A stretch of DNA of 63,537 bases, filler included, from Olpidium bornovanus S191 (lineage: Eukaryota > Fungi > Olpidiomycota), in NCBI GenBank assembly GCA_017911155.1. It is 31 parts of 31 records of this genome, joined end to end, with 100 filler letters (N's around TTAATTAATTAA, not from the genome) between each part and the next. Parts side by side here need not be neighbours in the genome. Positions count along the whole stretch, not along the records: positions 45,802 to 47,886 come from JAEFCI010004617.1; positions 47,987 to 49,679 come from JAEFCI010008370.1; positions 49,780 to 52,325 come from JAEFCI010004288.1; positions 52,426 to 54,284 come from JAEFCI010002380.1; positions 54,385 to 56,843 come from JAEFCI010003457.1; positions 56,944 to 58,314 come from JAEFCI010010177.1; positions 58,415 to 59,591 come from JAEFCI010002350.1; 24 more parts are not named here. One strand, 5' to 3'. The position numbers were made by a program, and so were the translations under genes. The first letter of the stretch is position 1, and each line of letters starts with the position of its first letter. The notes under the pieces are model-generated. The model had not been told where the DNA came from and ran no database searches. It saw only the letters and a list, made by a program, of their open reading frames with translations. Below are positions 47,828 to 59,074 of this stretch, piece by piece.

Positions 47828-47991
47828 CCCTTAAGGCACATACACACAACAACAACACGCGCACAACCCACACGGTAAAAAAAAAGNNNNNNNNNNNNNN
47901 NNNNNNNNNNNNNNNNNNNNNNNNNNNNNNTTAATTAATTAANNNNNNNNNNNNNNNNNNNNNNNNNNNNNNNNNNNNNNNNNNNNCCCCG

Positions 47992-48023
<32 letters not shown>

Positions 48024-48047
48024 TTCCCCCCCCCCCCCCCCGGCGCG

Positions 48048-48079
<32 letters not shown>

Positions 48080-48179
48080 TTCCCCCCCGCTTCTCGCCGC
48101 CGCCTGACCCCGCTGCCGGCCGGCTTAAATCCTTTTCGCCTCTCCCTCGCAAGTCCGTGGAGGGGCCGGAGTTGGAAAA

Positions 48180-48538
48180 ATGTCCAAGGGCGGCAGGAAG
48201 CGGAGAAGCTCCAACTCTCGGTGAGTGCATTCCTTCCCCCACCTCGAAGGAGGAGGAGGACGCCGCTTCTTTCCCCTCCCCCCCTCTCCCTTCCCCGTCC
48301 CGTCCCACTTCCCCGGCCGTCCACGAGGGGGCGGGAGGTGGAGAGGTGGACCGGTGCGAGGGGCCCCGCACGCGCGGAAAACAGCAGTCGGAGCCGCAAG
48401 GCGTTTGCGGCGAGTGCTGAGGAATGGCCGTGCCTGCGACGCTAGATTGCTGCTAACCACCTCCGCTCGCCTACCACTCCCCGCCCCCCCCCCCCCCCCC
48501 CCCCCCAAAAAACGGGGTTCCCCCCCCCCCCCCCCCCG

Positions 48539-48570
<32 letters not shown>

Positions 48571-49634
48571 CCCGTGCAGAAAGAAGGCGGGCTCCCCCAC
48601 TTCGGCTTCGACGTCCCCGGCACCGAAGGAGGAGGACGATGCCGCACACCTGATCTCGTCTGGCGGCGTCGTCGCTCAAGGAGCCGGTGCCGCGGACGGC
48701 GCTCCTACCGCCGAAAAGGTTGTCGCCCGCTTGGCTGACGGCGACCACGACGGGGAAGATCCGGCAGACTGTCCGCTGCCTGCCTTATCCGCCGACGACA
48801 TTAGAAGCATTAAATCGGATAAGGAGTTTGCCGTTGCTGCCCGGGCTCATCTTGTGGTGCGTTATCGGAGCCCTACGTCCGAAAGAGCCGCGGGGTGGCC
48901 CGAACGCAATCCTGACGCCGAATCTTGCAGGGGAAGGAAATTACCGTAACGTGCACCTCCGGGACAACTTTCAGAGGGGTCTGCATCACGCTGGTCGAGC
49001 TTGGAGTAATTCTCCGGGAGGCACGGGAGGAGGGATCCGACGCGCCTCCGCACGCTAAAATGATAATTCTGAATGAGGAGATCGAGAGCTGGCATCTCCA
49101 GGACGGCGATCTCCTAGCGCAGTATCTTCCCGAAATCAACGCCGAAGTCAGCGGAACGTCCGGCATTGAGGCCGCTGGCGGGGCGAGTGCAGATATAGAA
49201 GGTGAGCGCTTGTGTCTGCAATCTGTTTCTTGGGAGAAGCCGCATTCGGACGTGCTTTTTCTCCATCTTGTCTGGAAGTTGCCGCATCCCCTCGTGCTCT
49301 TTCTGGTGTTGATCAAAGCTTGATTCCAGTTCCAGTACCCAACGCCTTCAAGGCAGACAGCGAGATTGCCCAAGACATGCGGCGGGCAATGGAGCGCCCG
49401 CTGAAAAGGTGGATTCCGAGCGATGCTCCGGAGGCGGACCTCGAGCTCCACTCCTCTAAGTCTCCCTACGGAGGCGAAGACCAACCCTGGGACCAGTTTG
49501 CTGCGAACGAGAAATTGTTTGGGGTTGTCACCGGTTTTGACGAAAGCGAATACACTACCATGCTTGACCGGTCGGACCCGAAGTTCAAAGAGAAGGAGCG
49601 GGAGGCCATCAAACTCGCTCGTCAGATCGAGACG
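48180..49634 (+). CDS. PBP1: Pbp1/Ataxin-2 homologue (Lsm + LsmAD), partial; 5' exon structure uncertain
   Basis: GKEITVTCTSGTTFRGV (Lsm-like), then FKADSEI...MERPLKRWIP...WDQFAANEKLFGVVTGFDESEYTTMLDRSDPKFKEKEREAIKLARQIE (LsmAD signature). Confidence 0.92.
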
Positions 49635-49874
49635 GTCAGTGATAATTGTCAACTGAACGTCATCGCCTTCGAAATTTACNNNNNNNNNNNNNNNNNNNNN
49701 NNNNNNNNNNNNNNNNNNNNNNNTTAATTAATTAANNNNNNNNNNNNNNNNNNNNNNNNNNNNNNNNNNNNNNNNNNNNCCGCGCCCGTTTCGGCGGGGT
49801 GGAGGCGGTCCGGTTTCCCAACCCGAAAAACATTTTTTGCCCGGGGCCACCATCCTGCCCCGCTCCCCCCGGCT

Positions 49875-49908
<34 letters not shown>

Positions 49909-50326
49909 ACTTCAAGAGTTGAGCACCACCACCTTTTTCTTTCCCGCTCCAAAGCCGGATTTGGTGCAGGATTTTTGAATTTGACACCGGATTCGAAAAG
50001 AGCAGGCCTCCAGCTTTGTCCGGTGCGCCGAGGCGCCCTTGCATTTTATTCTGGTGTCAGGAACAGAACTTGATTCAAGTCTCAAATCAAATTGTCCAGC
50101 CGGCTGGACCAGGATCACACCAAATTATCAAGAAGGCCGAGCGCGCCATATTCGCGGCCATCAGCCTCTGCACCGTTGCTTTGTGCGACGTGAGGACGGA
50201 GATCGAGGCTATGAAGTGGCACACACACACGTTGCGTGCAACGTTTGGGGAAGGGGGGGAAAATGCCTCCCGCGCTCTTTCGGGGCCTGGAATTTTGCTT
50301 TTTTTTTTTTTTTTTTTTTTTTTTTT

Positions 50327-50434
<108 letters not shown>

Positions 50435-51065
50435 TGCTTCCCTACCAGCGAGAAATACCATCAGTAGGCGGAGCTCCTTCCGCCGCGAAATCCCTCACAA
50501 TTGGCCGTCAGCGTTTCCATGATAAAAAAATGCGCTCGCAGATCGCCCGGCAAGAGAAACAAAACGGCGCAACACCTGTCCTTCCCCCGAACTGTCCGAG
50601 AATGTCGCGTTGACGACCGACTCCGCCAAGCTCGCCGGCATCGCGCATGAATTGGTGGTCGGACCATGCCATGCGTGCGACCATCCCCGTCGGGGATCCT
50701 AGTCGAATATTGTCAATGGAACAACTCCGCGACGGCCCGGTCGAGGAGTTTACGCCGCATGACCTAAAAGCTAAGATTTCCGGTATCTGTCCGATACGTG
50801 AGATCTCCGTCGCGATATTCAACGCCTTTTCGTGTGCAATTCTGCGTACAAGAAGTATATTCTTGAGCATGGCCCCTGGGAAACAAGCAAACGCGTTCAA
50901 GCAAGGCGGCGCAGCGGACGCGACCCCGAACATTACGAAATAGTTCCTCATAAAGTTGATGGCTTTCCGATGTTGGGTGGTAAGACGGCCGGGAGCGGCG
51001 CGGGCGCCGGGGGCGGGCATGGTGTGGTGTGGTGGGAAGATAACCGATGACGCAAGGGTCCTGAA

Positions 51066-51147
51066 CCTGGCCCATCCTAGGCCCATCCTCGCCTGCAGAC
51101 CAGACCTGGCCCATCCTAGCCTGCAGACCAGACCTGGCCCATCCCAG
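51066..51147. repeat. 28-bp tandem repeat (2 copies plus partial copies)
   Basis: CCTGCAGACCAGACCTGGCCCATCCTAG at 51092-51119 and 51120-51147 (1 mismatch), preceded by partial units CCTGGCCCATCCTAG and GCCCATCCTC. Confidence 0.85.
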
Positions 51148-51445
51148 GCGCAGCGCAGCGTATAAGCATCCACGGACCAAGGTAACGTCCGCCCAATCTG
51201 AGGAAACTCCATCCACAACCGAGAACGTCGACAAACAAAGCAGACGCCCGCCCGCCCGTAAAAGCCATTCCTTCTTAGCCTCCTGGCGCACTGCATAATA
51301 CAGGCGTTGCGCTCCGTTGTGTTCCCAAGTGAGCGAGACGAACACTAAAAATCGAAAACAAAAAAGGCGCAGGGAGCACAATTTAAAGAAGCGGATGCAA
51401 GTTCTAGCGTTAAGGGTCCAGGCTTCGCGGCTTCCTCTACCGCTT

Positions 51446-52325
51446 CTACAGCTTGTCATAGTAGTTGTCAACGCTCGGGATGTCCTCCTAATATACGAAG
51501 CGGAATCAACCGATGTTTAGTTGTGAATTACTCTCATAACCAAAGAACAACGCCGTCAACATAATCGTAACAATCCCTTCACCTTAAGGCCCTTGCGCTT
51601 GCGGATGCCCTTGACGATCTGTTCGGTCTTCGAGCCGGCGTCAAGCGGCGAACCGGGCAAAAGTTGCCAGTGGTCAAACACGGCCTGCGGGAAGGCCTGA
51701 CCGCCGGTTGCGGAACGGAGATCAGCTTGGAAGCCAAAGGACTCCATTACAGGCAGGTACGCCTTGATGTTGTACATCGGTGTACCCGGCCTCTGTTCCT
51801 CCGCAATGACGTGGCCACGGCGACGGTTGAGTACGCCGTAGATGCCGCCCATTGCAGACTCCGGGCACTGAATCTCGACAAGGAAGACCGGCTCGAGAAG
51901 CCCGGGCTTTGCAAGGAGAGTTGCCGCGTACACGACACGGCGGACGGTAGGCATGATCTGTCCTCCTCCACGGTGAATGGCATCAGCTAAAACAAGAAAA
52001 GACGCTCCGCGTCAGCAAACCAACTAGACGTTAAGTATGTCAGAAGAAAACGACTTATTGACGACCAGGTATTTACCGTGCAAGGTAACATCGAGGATGT
52101 TAAAGCGGCATTGGCGCATGTTTTCCTCTGAGCACGGACCCTCCTTAGTGGCCCATTGGAACGCGGCGACGCACGAGTCCTTAATTTCGTTAAGGTACTG
52201 AACTCCCTTAGTGGTGTCGACGAGCAAGTTTGCCCCAATAGTGTCCGGACCAAAACACCAGATCTTGCGGGCGTCGGTGACGTCCCATCCGTAGGTCTCG
52301 GCAAGCACGCGGGCACGCGCCTTGA
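51446..52325 (-). CDS. EFT2: Translation elongation factor 2, C-terminal part
   Basis: [16 protein letters not shown]; [22 protein letters not shown]; LH|[11 protein letters not shown] (diphthamide His); [13 protein letters not shown]; [26 protein letters not shown]; last exon 51487-51446 [13 protein letters not shown]. Confidence 0.98.
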
Positions 52326-52778
52326 NNNNNNNNNNNNNNNNNNNNNNNNNNNNNNNNNNNNNNNNNNNNTTAATTAATTAANNNNNNNNNNNNNNNNNNN
52401 NNNNNNNNNNNNNNNNNNNNNNNNNCATGCCGAGGACCGACCTCCGTTCTTCAATCAACGCGGTTTTCACCGCCAACAGCTCGCGTTTCGTTTGGGCCAT
52501 AATTCCGCTGCGCTCCACAAAATGTCTTCGCACCAAAGCGCGCTGGGCGCTGTTGTAGAGAAAAACGTAACGCGCGGGGTGACGGAAGGGTCTGATGGCG
52601 AGACTCCAAAATCCGATACTCCAACTCCAAAATGCCGGCTTAGGAATCCACTCCTCGCCCTTCCCCCGGCACGTGACCCCCAAGATGCGTCGAATCTCTT
52701 CCTTAGTATTTTCTTTACCCCCTCCCCCCGGAGGAAAGCTCTTTTCCCAATACCGCTTGCGCCTGAGCTTCCCTACGT

Positions 52779-53185
52779 ATTCCGCCCGAAGTTGGCTCTG
52801 CGCGACAGTTTACGGAGGAGTTCTGCCAGTTGGTCCTCCTCCTCCTCGACCTGACCGAAGCAGACAAATTCCTCGCCTACAAATGCGGGGTTGTCGGAAA
52901 ACGTCCAATGTGACCTCCGCGTTATGCGGGTGACCTCCCTGGAGGAAGCGATGTCCATCGCGGAGGAATTTGACGAAATATACCAGCAGCGTCGAAAGGG
53001 CCAGAGTCGAACTCAAGGCCATTCCCAGGGTCAGACGACCCGACGGACGGGCTCCAACGACAACGGATCGGTACCTATGGAGATCAGCACCGTCACTGTC
53101 AAAAGACAGACAAAAAAAGAAACCTCTACCCCGTCTGCCGCGAATTACAACAATTTCAAAATTTTTCCGAAACTGACGGATCCCT
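52779..53185 (+). mobile_element. Degenerate Ty3/gypsy gag relic
   Basis: VGSARQFTEEFCQLV...DLTEADKFLAYKCGLSENVQCDL....TSLEEAMSIA...GSVPMEIST...FPKLTD follows the retrotransposon-gag pattern (gSv.eY..eF; F..GL; tLeeA..iA; PMEi; KLt). In-frame stop upstream; cut at 53186 by LTR-X. Confidence 0.75.
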
Positions 53186-53618
53186 TGTCGAGGAATATAA
53201 ACCCTCCCTCGAGGGGTTGCAGGGCGGCGGTATGGCTCCGGCCCTTGCTGCGAAGGCACGGGGGCAGGCGGGGCGCGGGGCATTTTCCCCTCCTCTGAAG
53301 AACACGCAACGTTCTCTAGCGCTCGAACCCCGCTGGCCCCTTTGATGGACCCTTCGATGGGCAGGTTGGAGCGCTTCCCTTCTTCTCGACTTTGTCCCCC
53401 GTCGACAACCCCAACTCGTCCCAAGGAGCTCGCCAACGCCATTTGCAGGCGTCGCGGTCGCAAGGCAGCCAAAGGCGGATGGGGTTTTCCTTTTGTTTAT
53501 ATTTTCTTCGTTGCAAGAAAAAGAACGCCGTGGCTCCCACATCGGATTTCGACGGGGTACAGCTATTGAAGGGCCTCGGCCACGTGACCCGCCCGCGGGG
53601 AACGGATCTCCCCCGACA
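53186..53618 (-). mobile_element. Complete copy of LTR-X (433 bp), probable 3' LTR
   Basis: Termini TGTCG...CGACA (perfect 5-bp inverted repeat). On the minus strand it is directly preceded by a polypurine tract AAAAGGGGGCGGT (53631-53619). Homologous to 20750-21108. Confidence 0.7.
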
Positions 53619-53956
53619 ACCGCCCCCTTTTGCGGCCCCAACCTTCTTTGGTGCCGGGAGAACAATTTTGATGGGCGAGGGAGAGTTCTTAGGGGAAAAG
53701 AGAAGTAAGCAAAGGTGAGGAAAGGAACAGAAAAGAAGGGAGGGAGGAAAAAAAGAGAAAAAGAAAACAAAGAAAAAGAGAAAAAAAACGAAAAAAAAAC
53801 GGGGAGGGAGCAAGAAATGAGGCCGGTCGGGTATGACTCGACAGCAACGTGCAAGGGCGAGCAAGCAGGAGCCAAAACGATCGTTCCCAACAGGCGACCG
53901 AGGCCCTTTACAGTGGACGTGCCACTGGTCTTGTCCCGGAATTTCGGCCGGGCCGT

Positions 53957-54284
53957 TGTCAACCACACATCACTCAGAGCCTCTCTTTTCGTCGAGGCGG
54001 GGCTCCGCCCGGGGATCCCAATGCCGCCTCTCTCAGTTTGGACAGGTTATATGTATTCGCGAGTTAAGAGGGAAGGAGGGGAGAAAAGCGGGTGAAGGGT
54101 AAGGGGGGGGGGAGGGTGTACGCTGGGTGGGTACAACACTTCGATGATTGCTATCTAACACTCCCCCTCAATCAGAGAAACTTAGTGGAGTTGCTTAGAG
54201 AATATCAATGAGGCCGAGTAGTGTGCGGAGACGAGAAAAGAGAGGAAAGGGAAGCGGTTTCGTGAAGAAGTCGGCTAAAGTGTC
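53957..54284 (-). mobile_element. Second Ty1/copia element: RNase H C-terminus, PPT and probable 3' LTR
   Basis: 54284-54195 reads DTLADFFTKPLPFPLFSRLRTLLGLIDIL*. Canonical copia PPT GATTGAGGGGGAG (54173-54161) is followed by TGTTAG at 54160. The LTR end is tentatively GTTGACA at 53957. Confidence 0.85.
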
Positions 54285-54384
54285 NNNNNNNNNNNNNNNN
54301 NNNNNNNNNNNNNNNNNNNNNNNNNNNNTTAATTAATTAANNNNNNNNNNNNNNNNNNNNNNNNNNNNNNNNNNNNNNNNNNNN

Positions 54385-54490
54385 ACCCCGTCGGCAAACC
54401 AGGGGCTACACGTTTCTTCCAGGATGTTGTTGGTCTTACCCCGTCGGCAAACAAGGGACTACACGTTTTTGCCAGGATTTTGTTGCTCAG
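54385..54490. repeat. 53-bp imperfect tandem repeat (2 copies; the first starts at the contig edge)
   Basis: ACCCCGTCGGCAAACCAGGGGCTACACGTTTCTTCCAGGATGTTGTTGGTCTT (54385-54437) and ACCCCGTCGGCAAACAAGGGACTACACGTTTTTGCCAGGATTTTGTTGCTCAG (54438-54490). Confidence 0.85.
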
Positions 54491-54694
54491 CGAGGTATCG
54501 CCATGGAGGTGCTGGGGTTGTGAAAACCGAGGACTGTGGACAAATTGTGTTGAGAAAATTTGTTCCAAAAGTTTGAGAAATGTAGTAATAGCTGAATATA
54601 ATAATAATTATTATAAGTTTTATAGAATTTTACATATACAGGTATATTACCCAAGGGATAAAGTACTAGTTGTGCGATTTGGCCACGAGTTTTC

Positions 54695-56843
54695 TTAGTC
54701 GGTTCGGCAGCGGCGGAGACTCCGGTAAGACGGGGTTCCCGGGTAAGGGAACGCCAGCGACGGTCTGACGTTCGATTCGAGAATCCGGGCGTCCGTAATA
54801 CACAGCGCGCCAACCCGGTAATTCTTTTCGCCGGATCGATCTACTTTGCGTTCGCGAACATCGTTTTCCGCTACCAGTTTGCCTTTGCCAACGTCCGGAA
54901 GTATGAAAAAGCGGGACGGCTGTGGATGCAGATGGTCCGCCATGTAATTGGCGGGCTTATGCTCTTTTTCAGCGAATGATGGTCGGGCTAATGCTTCTCA
55001 CGAGCAGCACGGCCGACTTGTGCTCCTACTTCCTCTGTTTATCGCCACTGTGTGCTTCCAAATGTACTAGAACCGGACGTTCCTGAGGCGGACCAAATTC
55101 ATGAGCTTGGGCACGGGTTGCAGGTCGCTCCGGATCTCGACGAAGGGCACATGGGGTCCGGCGGGGTCAACGGTGATTCCAGATTCGGGGCGGTGCCTTC
55201 TTCGGATTTACCAACAACAGTTCCCGAAAGGCATGTTCCCAGGGATGTCAGGCCTGGCGCAAGGGAGGATTGGGGACGGCGGATTATAGAAGAAGCGGAA
55301 GCGCTGGAGCTTCTTGAGGCGGCAGAAGCGGCCGCTTCCGGGTTTTCAGGGCTTTTGCTTCCCCGAATCAGCATACTCTCGCCGGCGGCGAGCTATTTCA
55401 GGCGGGCGCCGTCGGACCCGAACACCTCCCCGGCGGCCGCCTTGGGAACGGGCGCTTTCGAAAGTTTCTCGTCGTCTCGTATTGATCCGGACGGCTCATC
55501 TCCCGTAGAGCAAGCCAGCGGCGACAACGAAACAAGTCCACAGACGAGCGAAGCCTTGGAAACCTCTTGGGTTTTCGACCCTCCGCTCAGCTCGACGCCA
55601 AGTCCACGCTGCTTCCACCTCCGAGAGACCCGCACCACATCGAACTTCAGTCTTTAGATTAAATATCCAGGACGAGAGCTCTTCAAACCAGACCTCCACC
55701 CATCCTTGCCTCATCGAGCGTCTGCCCACGCTGCTGTGGCTCCCACTTAACCCGCTCAACCAAAAGTTGGACCCCGACCACACGACTCAGATCGGGCAGG
55801 CGATCGTCAGTTCGGAGGCGTTAAAGGGCACCGGAAGGTTCCGAGCCGCCGAAAAGTTCCGGAGGGACGGCGTTGCCGCGGCAGAGCAAGCGAAGATGAC
55901 GTGGAGGCGATGGATGATCGGCGAAGGCGTTCTTGCGACGACCATCGTCTATCGGCATCGCCATGGGAGTTACGGTCGGCCGCGAGATGGCGGAAGGCGT
56001 TGTCCAGTCCCGCGACGGCCGCGAGGTCTGCACCGACAGCGCCGAACCGCGGCCGCCGTCCACGTTCCAAACCCGCCGCCGCCGCCGCCGCCGCCGCCGC
56101 TCGGGCCCCGCTCCGGTGCTGTCCTCCAGTCCGTCTCCGGCGTCCATCCTACTTCCGGAGGTCGGACTTTTGGCGGATTTGCCGTTGCTGCCCGCGTCGG
56201 TGTCTCGCGGCGATACCACGCTTTGGCCGTCTTCGGCGGATGCTGCCGCCGACCTGGCCTCATACAAATCCCCCAGCGCGGTGGCCGCATCGGCCACGAG
56301 CGTCGACTCCCTCGTCGTACCGGACATCGACATTCTGGAGGGCGGCGGGTCCGCCGCGTCCGTGTTGTCCCGGCCGGCCTCGGCAGCGATGACCGGACCA
56401 GGCCCAACGGTTGCGAGAGCAACCGAGCGTGAGAAGAAGGATGGAAACCTTTGACGCGACGCGGATGTGATCCTCTATTGAATTCGACGCTTCGGTGCCC
56501 AACTGGATATCATAACCATCCTCTCTAAAATGACATCCACGCGAACATGCAATTATGTCCGTGGGCATCATTTTATCCTTTGCTCAACGGCTATTGTAAG
56601 TTGAAGCGCCCTTGTTTATTTTATACTTTTATTTTTTTCGGGCCGCGGCCCACCGCATTATCGAATTACTGCACAAATCAGATTCCCGGGGAGCTCGCCT
56701 CTCTGACAGTTAGTGTGGTTGGGGTGGAGGGGGAATTTCGCTCAACAGGCCTTTTGGAGGCCTTTCATTGTGTTCCGCTTCCAACGCACGTTCTCTCTCT
56801 GCTGCCGTTTGGACGGGCGGAGGCCGCCGGCCGGAACGGCATG
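54695..56843 (-). CDS. Hypothetical multi-exon protein, disordered with a possible folded C-terminal domain, 5'-partial
   Basis: Ser/Ala-rich open frames between 56333 and 55099, then exon-like YIWKHTVAINRG|KHKPANYMADHLHPQPSRFFILPDVGKGKLVAEND...YRVGALCITDARILESNVRPSLAFPYPGTPSYRSLRRCRTD* ending at 54695, followed by an AT-rich 3' region. Confidence 0.5.
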
Positions 56844-57713
56844 NNNNNNNNNNNNNNNNNNNNNNNNNNNNNNNNNNNNNNNNNNNNTTAATTAATTAAN
56901 NNNNNNNNNNNNNNNNNNNNNNNNNNNNNNNNNNNNNNNNNNNCATGCCGGCAAGGGGCCCCCCCTCCCCGCCTCTCGTCGAACTCGTTTTAATATCGCC
57001 GTTCCGGCTCCTGCGGTTGATGATCACTCCGCCGCCCCTCCTCCCCACAGCCCACCCCCCAAACCCTCAATCCTCCTCCTCCTTCCTTCTTCCTCCTCCC
57101 GCGGAAGTTAAGGCAAGAGCACAACGCCAGTTCCAGGAAGGTTGGGGTGGGGGGGGGGGTGTGCGCGTTGCACCTAACACGAAAAGTTTGCTTTTTTTCT
57201 GTCGTCTTTTTTCACTGCGACGCGTGTTCCGCGCGGAGGATTTGCCGCCGGCGCAATTTTCGGAAGACTTTTTTTTTTCATTTTTCTGGCGTCGAAATTT
57301 GTTTTGTTCTTCCCCGCGTCCACTCCCTCGCCCATCACGCTTCCTTTTCAACCGGCTCCTTCCCCCCCCCCCGCCCCCTTCACGCTGTCGAGATTTCGGG
57401 GTTCGCGGGCGTACGGGGGGGGGGGGGACGAAAGGCCGTGAGTGGCGAAAGGCGAGGCGACGGGGAGAGGGCCACGAGAAGAAGGCGTTTCTTCTTCTTC
57501 TTCTTCTTCTTCTTCTTCTTCTTTTTGAAAATGCTTGCGTGTCCCGCGGCGGGGGGGGCGTGCCCTTTTTTGTGTACGGCCGGGCGTGTTGGGCGTGGGG
57601 AGAGCGCTCTCTCCCTCTCTCCCTCTGGGGGGGTGCGGCGGAGAGGGCGGGAGGGCGAAAAACCGCCGGGGGAGGGAAAAAAAAAAAAAAAAAAAAAAAA
57701 CCACAAACCGCAG

Positions 57714-57786
57714 ATGCTGAGCGCGGGGCTCACCAAGAACAGAGTTACCCTCAAGGGGTCCACGAAGATCATCGTCGAGTTCTTCG
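57714..57786 (+). CDS. MAD2: Spindle checkpoint HORMA protein Mad2, first coding exon only
   Basis: MLSAGLTKNRVTLKGSTKIIVEFF followed by a GTGAGA donor, matching the Mad2 N-terminal motif (i/s)LKGS...v.EFF(e). Confidence 0.75.
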
Positions 57787-58228
57787 GTGAGAGGAGGCTT
57801 GGCACACCCCCTCTCCGCTGCTCCCGGGAAGGGGGCTGATGGTTCGGAGGGCGGGAAGAACGGGGCCGGTGGAGCGCAGGCGGCCGCGTCGTGGCGAAAC
57901 TTCCCGGCCCTGCCCGGGCCCCGCGCCCGCGACGTTCGCGCGCGCGCCGGGGCTTTCGTGTCGGCGAAAAGGCCCGCCGCCCCCTTTCCCCGCGCCCGCC
58001 TTCCCCGATCGCCCTCCTCCCGCAGTTTCACGCTTCCGGTTAGCTCTGACGGGGAAGAATAACGTCGGCGTTTCCAAACGCGAGGGCAAAAAAGGAACAA
58101 CCCGCCCGGCGTCGCTCAAAACCTCCCTTCCCCCCCTTCATTTTTCCACTTCTCCTCCCCCGCGCAACAACGATTGGACGGAGGAGCTCACTACGCGCCG
58201 GGCCCCCGGCCGCCCGGTTTTCTGGTTT

Positions 58229-58273
<45 letters not shown>

Positions 58274-58423
58274 CCCCCCTCTTCCCCCCCCCCCCCCCTC
58301 CCCCCCCGCCCGCCNNNNNNNNNNNNNNNNNNNNNNNNNNNNNNNNNNNNNNNNNNNNTTAATTAATTAANNNNNNNNNNNNNNNNNNNNNNNNNNNNNN
58401 NNNNNNNNNNNNNNCCCCCCCCT

Positions 58424-58478
<55 letters not shown>

Positions 58479-58570
58479 CCCCCCCTCCTTCCTGGGAGGT
58501 CCCCTTCGAAACTCGGGACTCTGACGAAAAGGTTTATTCCCTCTCTCGCGTTTCCGCGGTGTGCTCCCAG

Positions 58571-59074
58571 GCCCATAAATTCAACGTCGCCATGTCATGC
58601 GACGGCTGCTCGACCGCGGTCGACCGCGTGCTCAAGCGGCTCGAGGGGACCGCGGCGTTCGCATTTCTCCTTTTTTGGGACTTTGTTTCTTGCGAGGAGG
58701 AGGAGAAGCGCAGCCCAAAGCTAAACCCCCCTCCTTCTCCCCAAACCCCAATCCCCATCCCTTCCCTTCCCTCCCTTTTCTTCCGCGGCGGAAAACTCCC
58801 TCAAGGCGTCGAGACGGTCAAAATCTCCTTGGAAGACCAGACGGTCGTTGTCGAAGGGACGGCGACCCAGGAGGCGATTTTAAAGGCGAGCTCCCGATCC
58901 GTGCGCCGTTTTCCCTGAGTCTCCTGCAACCGGTTTTCTTAGTTTATTTCTATTTTTTTTTTTGGCTGATTCCCCGGGCCGTTTTGACACGTCGCGGGCG
59001 CCTAAAAAAAAATAATCGGCGCCTCGCCGGAACAGGCGATCGAGAAGACCGGAAAGAAAGTGACGCCGATGTGA
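58571..59074 (+). CDS. ATX1: Copper chaperone Atx1 (HMA domain); first exon missing
   Basis: Exons 58571-58646, 58806-58885 and 59036-59074 give AHKFNVAMSCDGCSTAVDRVLKRLEGVETVKISLEDQTVVVEGTATQEAILKAIEKTGKKVTPM* (MxCxxC and KTGK motifs). Both introns have non-GT donors as sequenced. Confidence 0.92.

Noticed and set aside
53820-53966. DQWHVHCKG as a possible integrase chromodomain of the LTR-X element
   Set aside because: Only weak similarity to YLVkWkG, with no downstream tWEP motif. Not enough to call.
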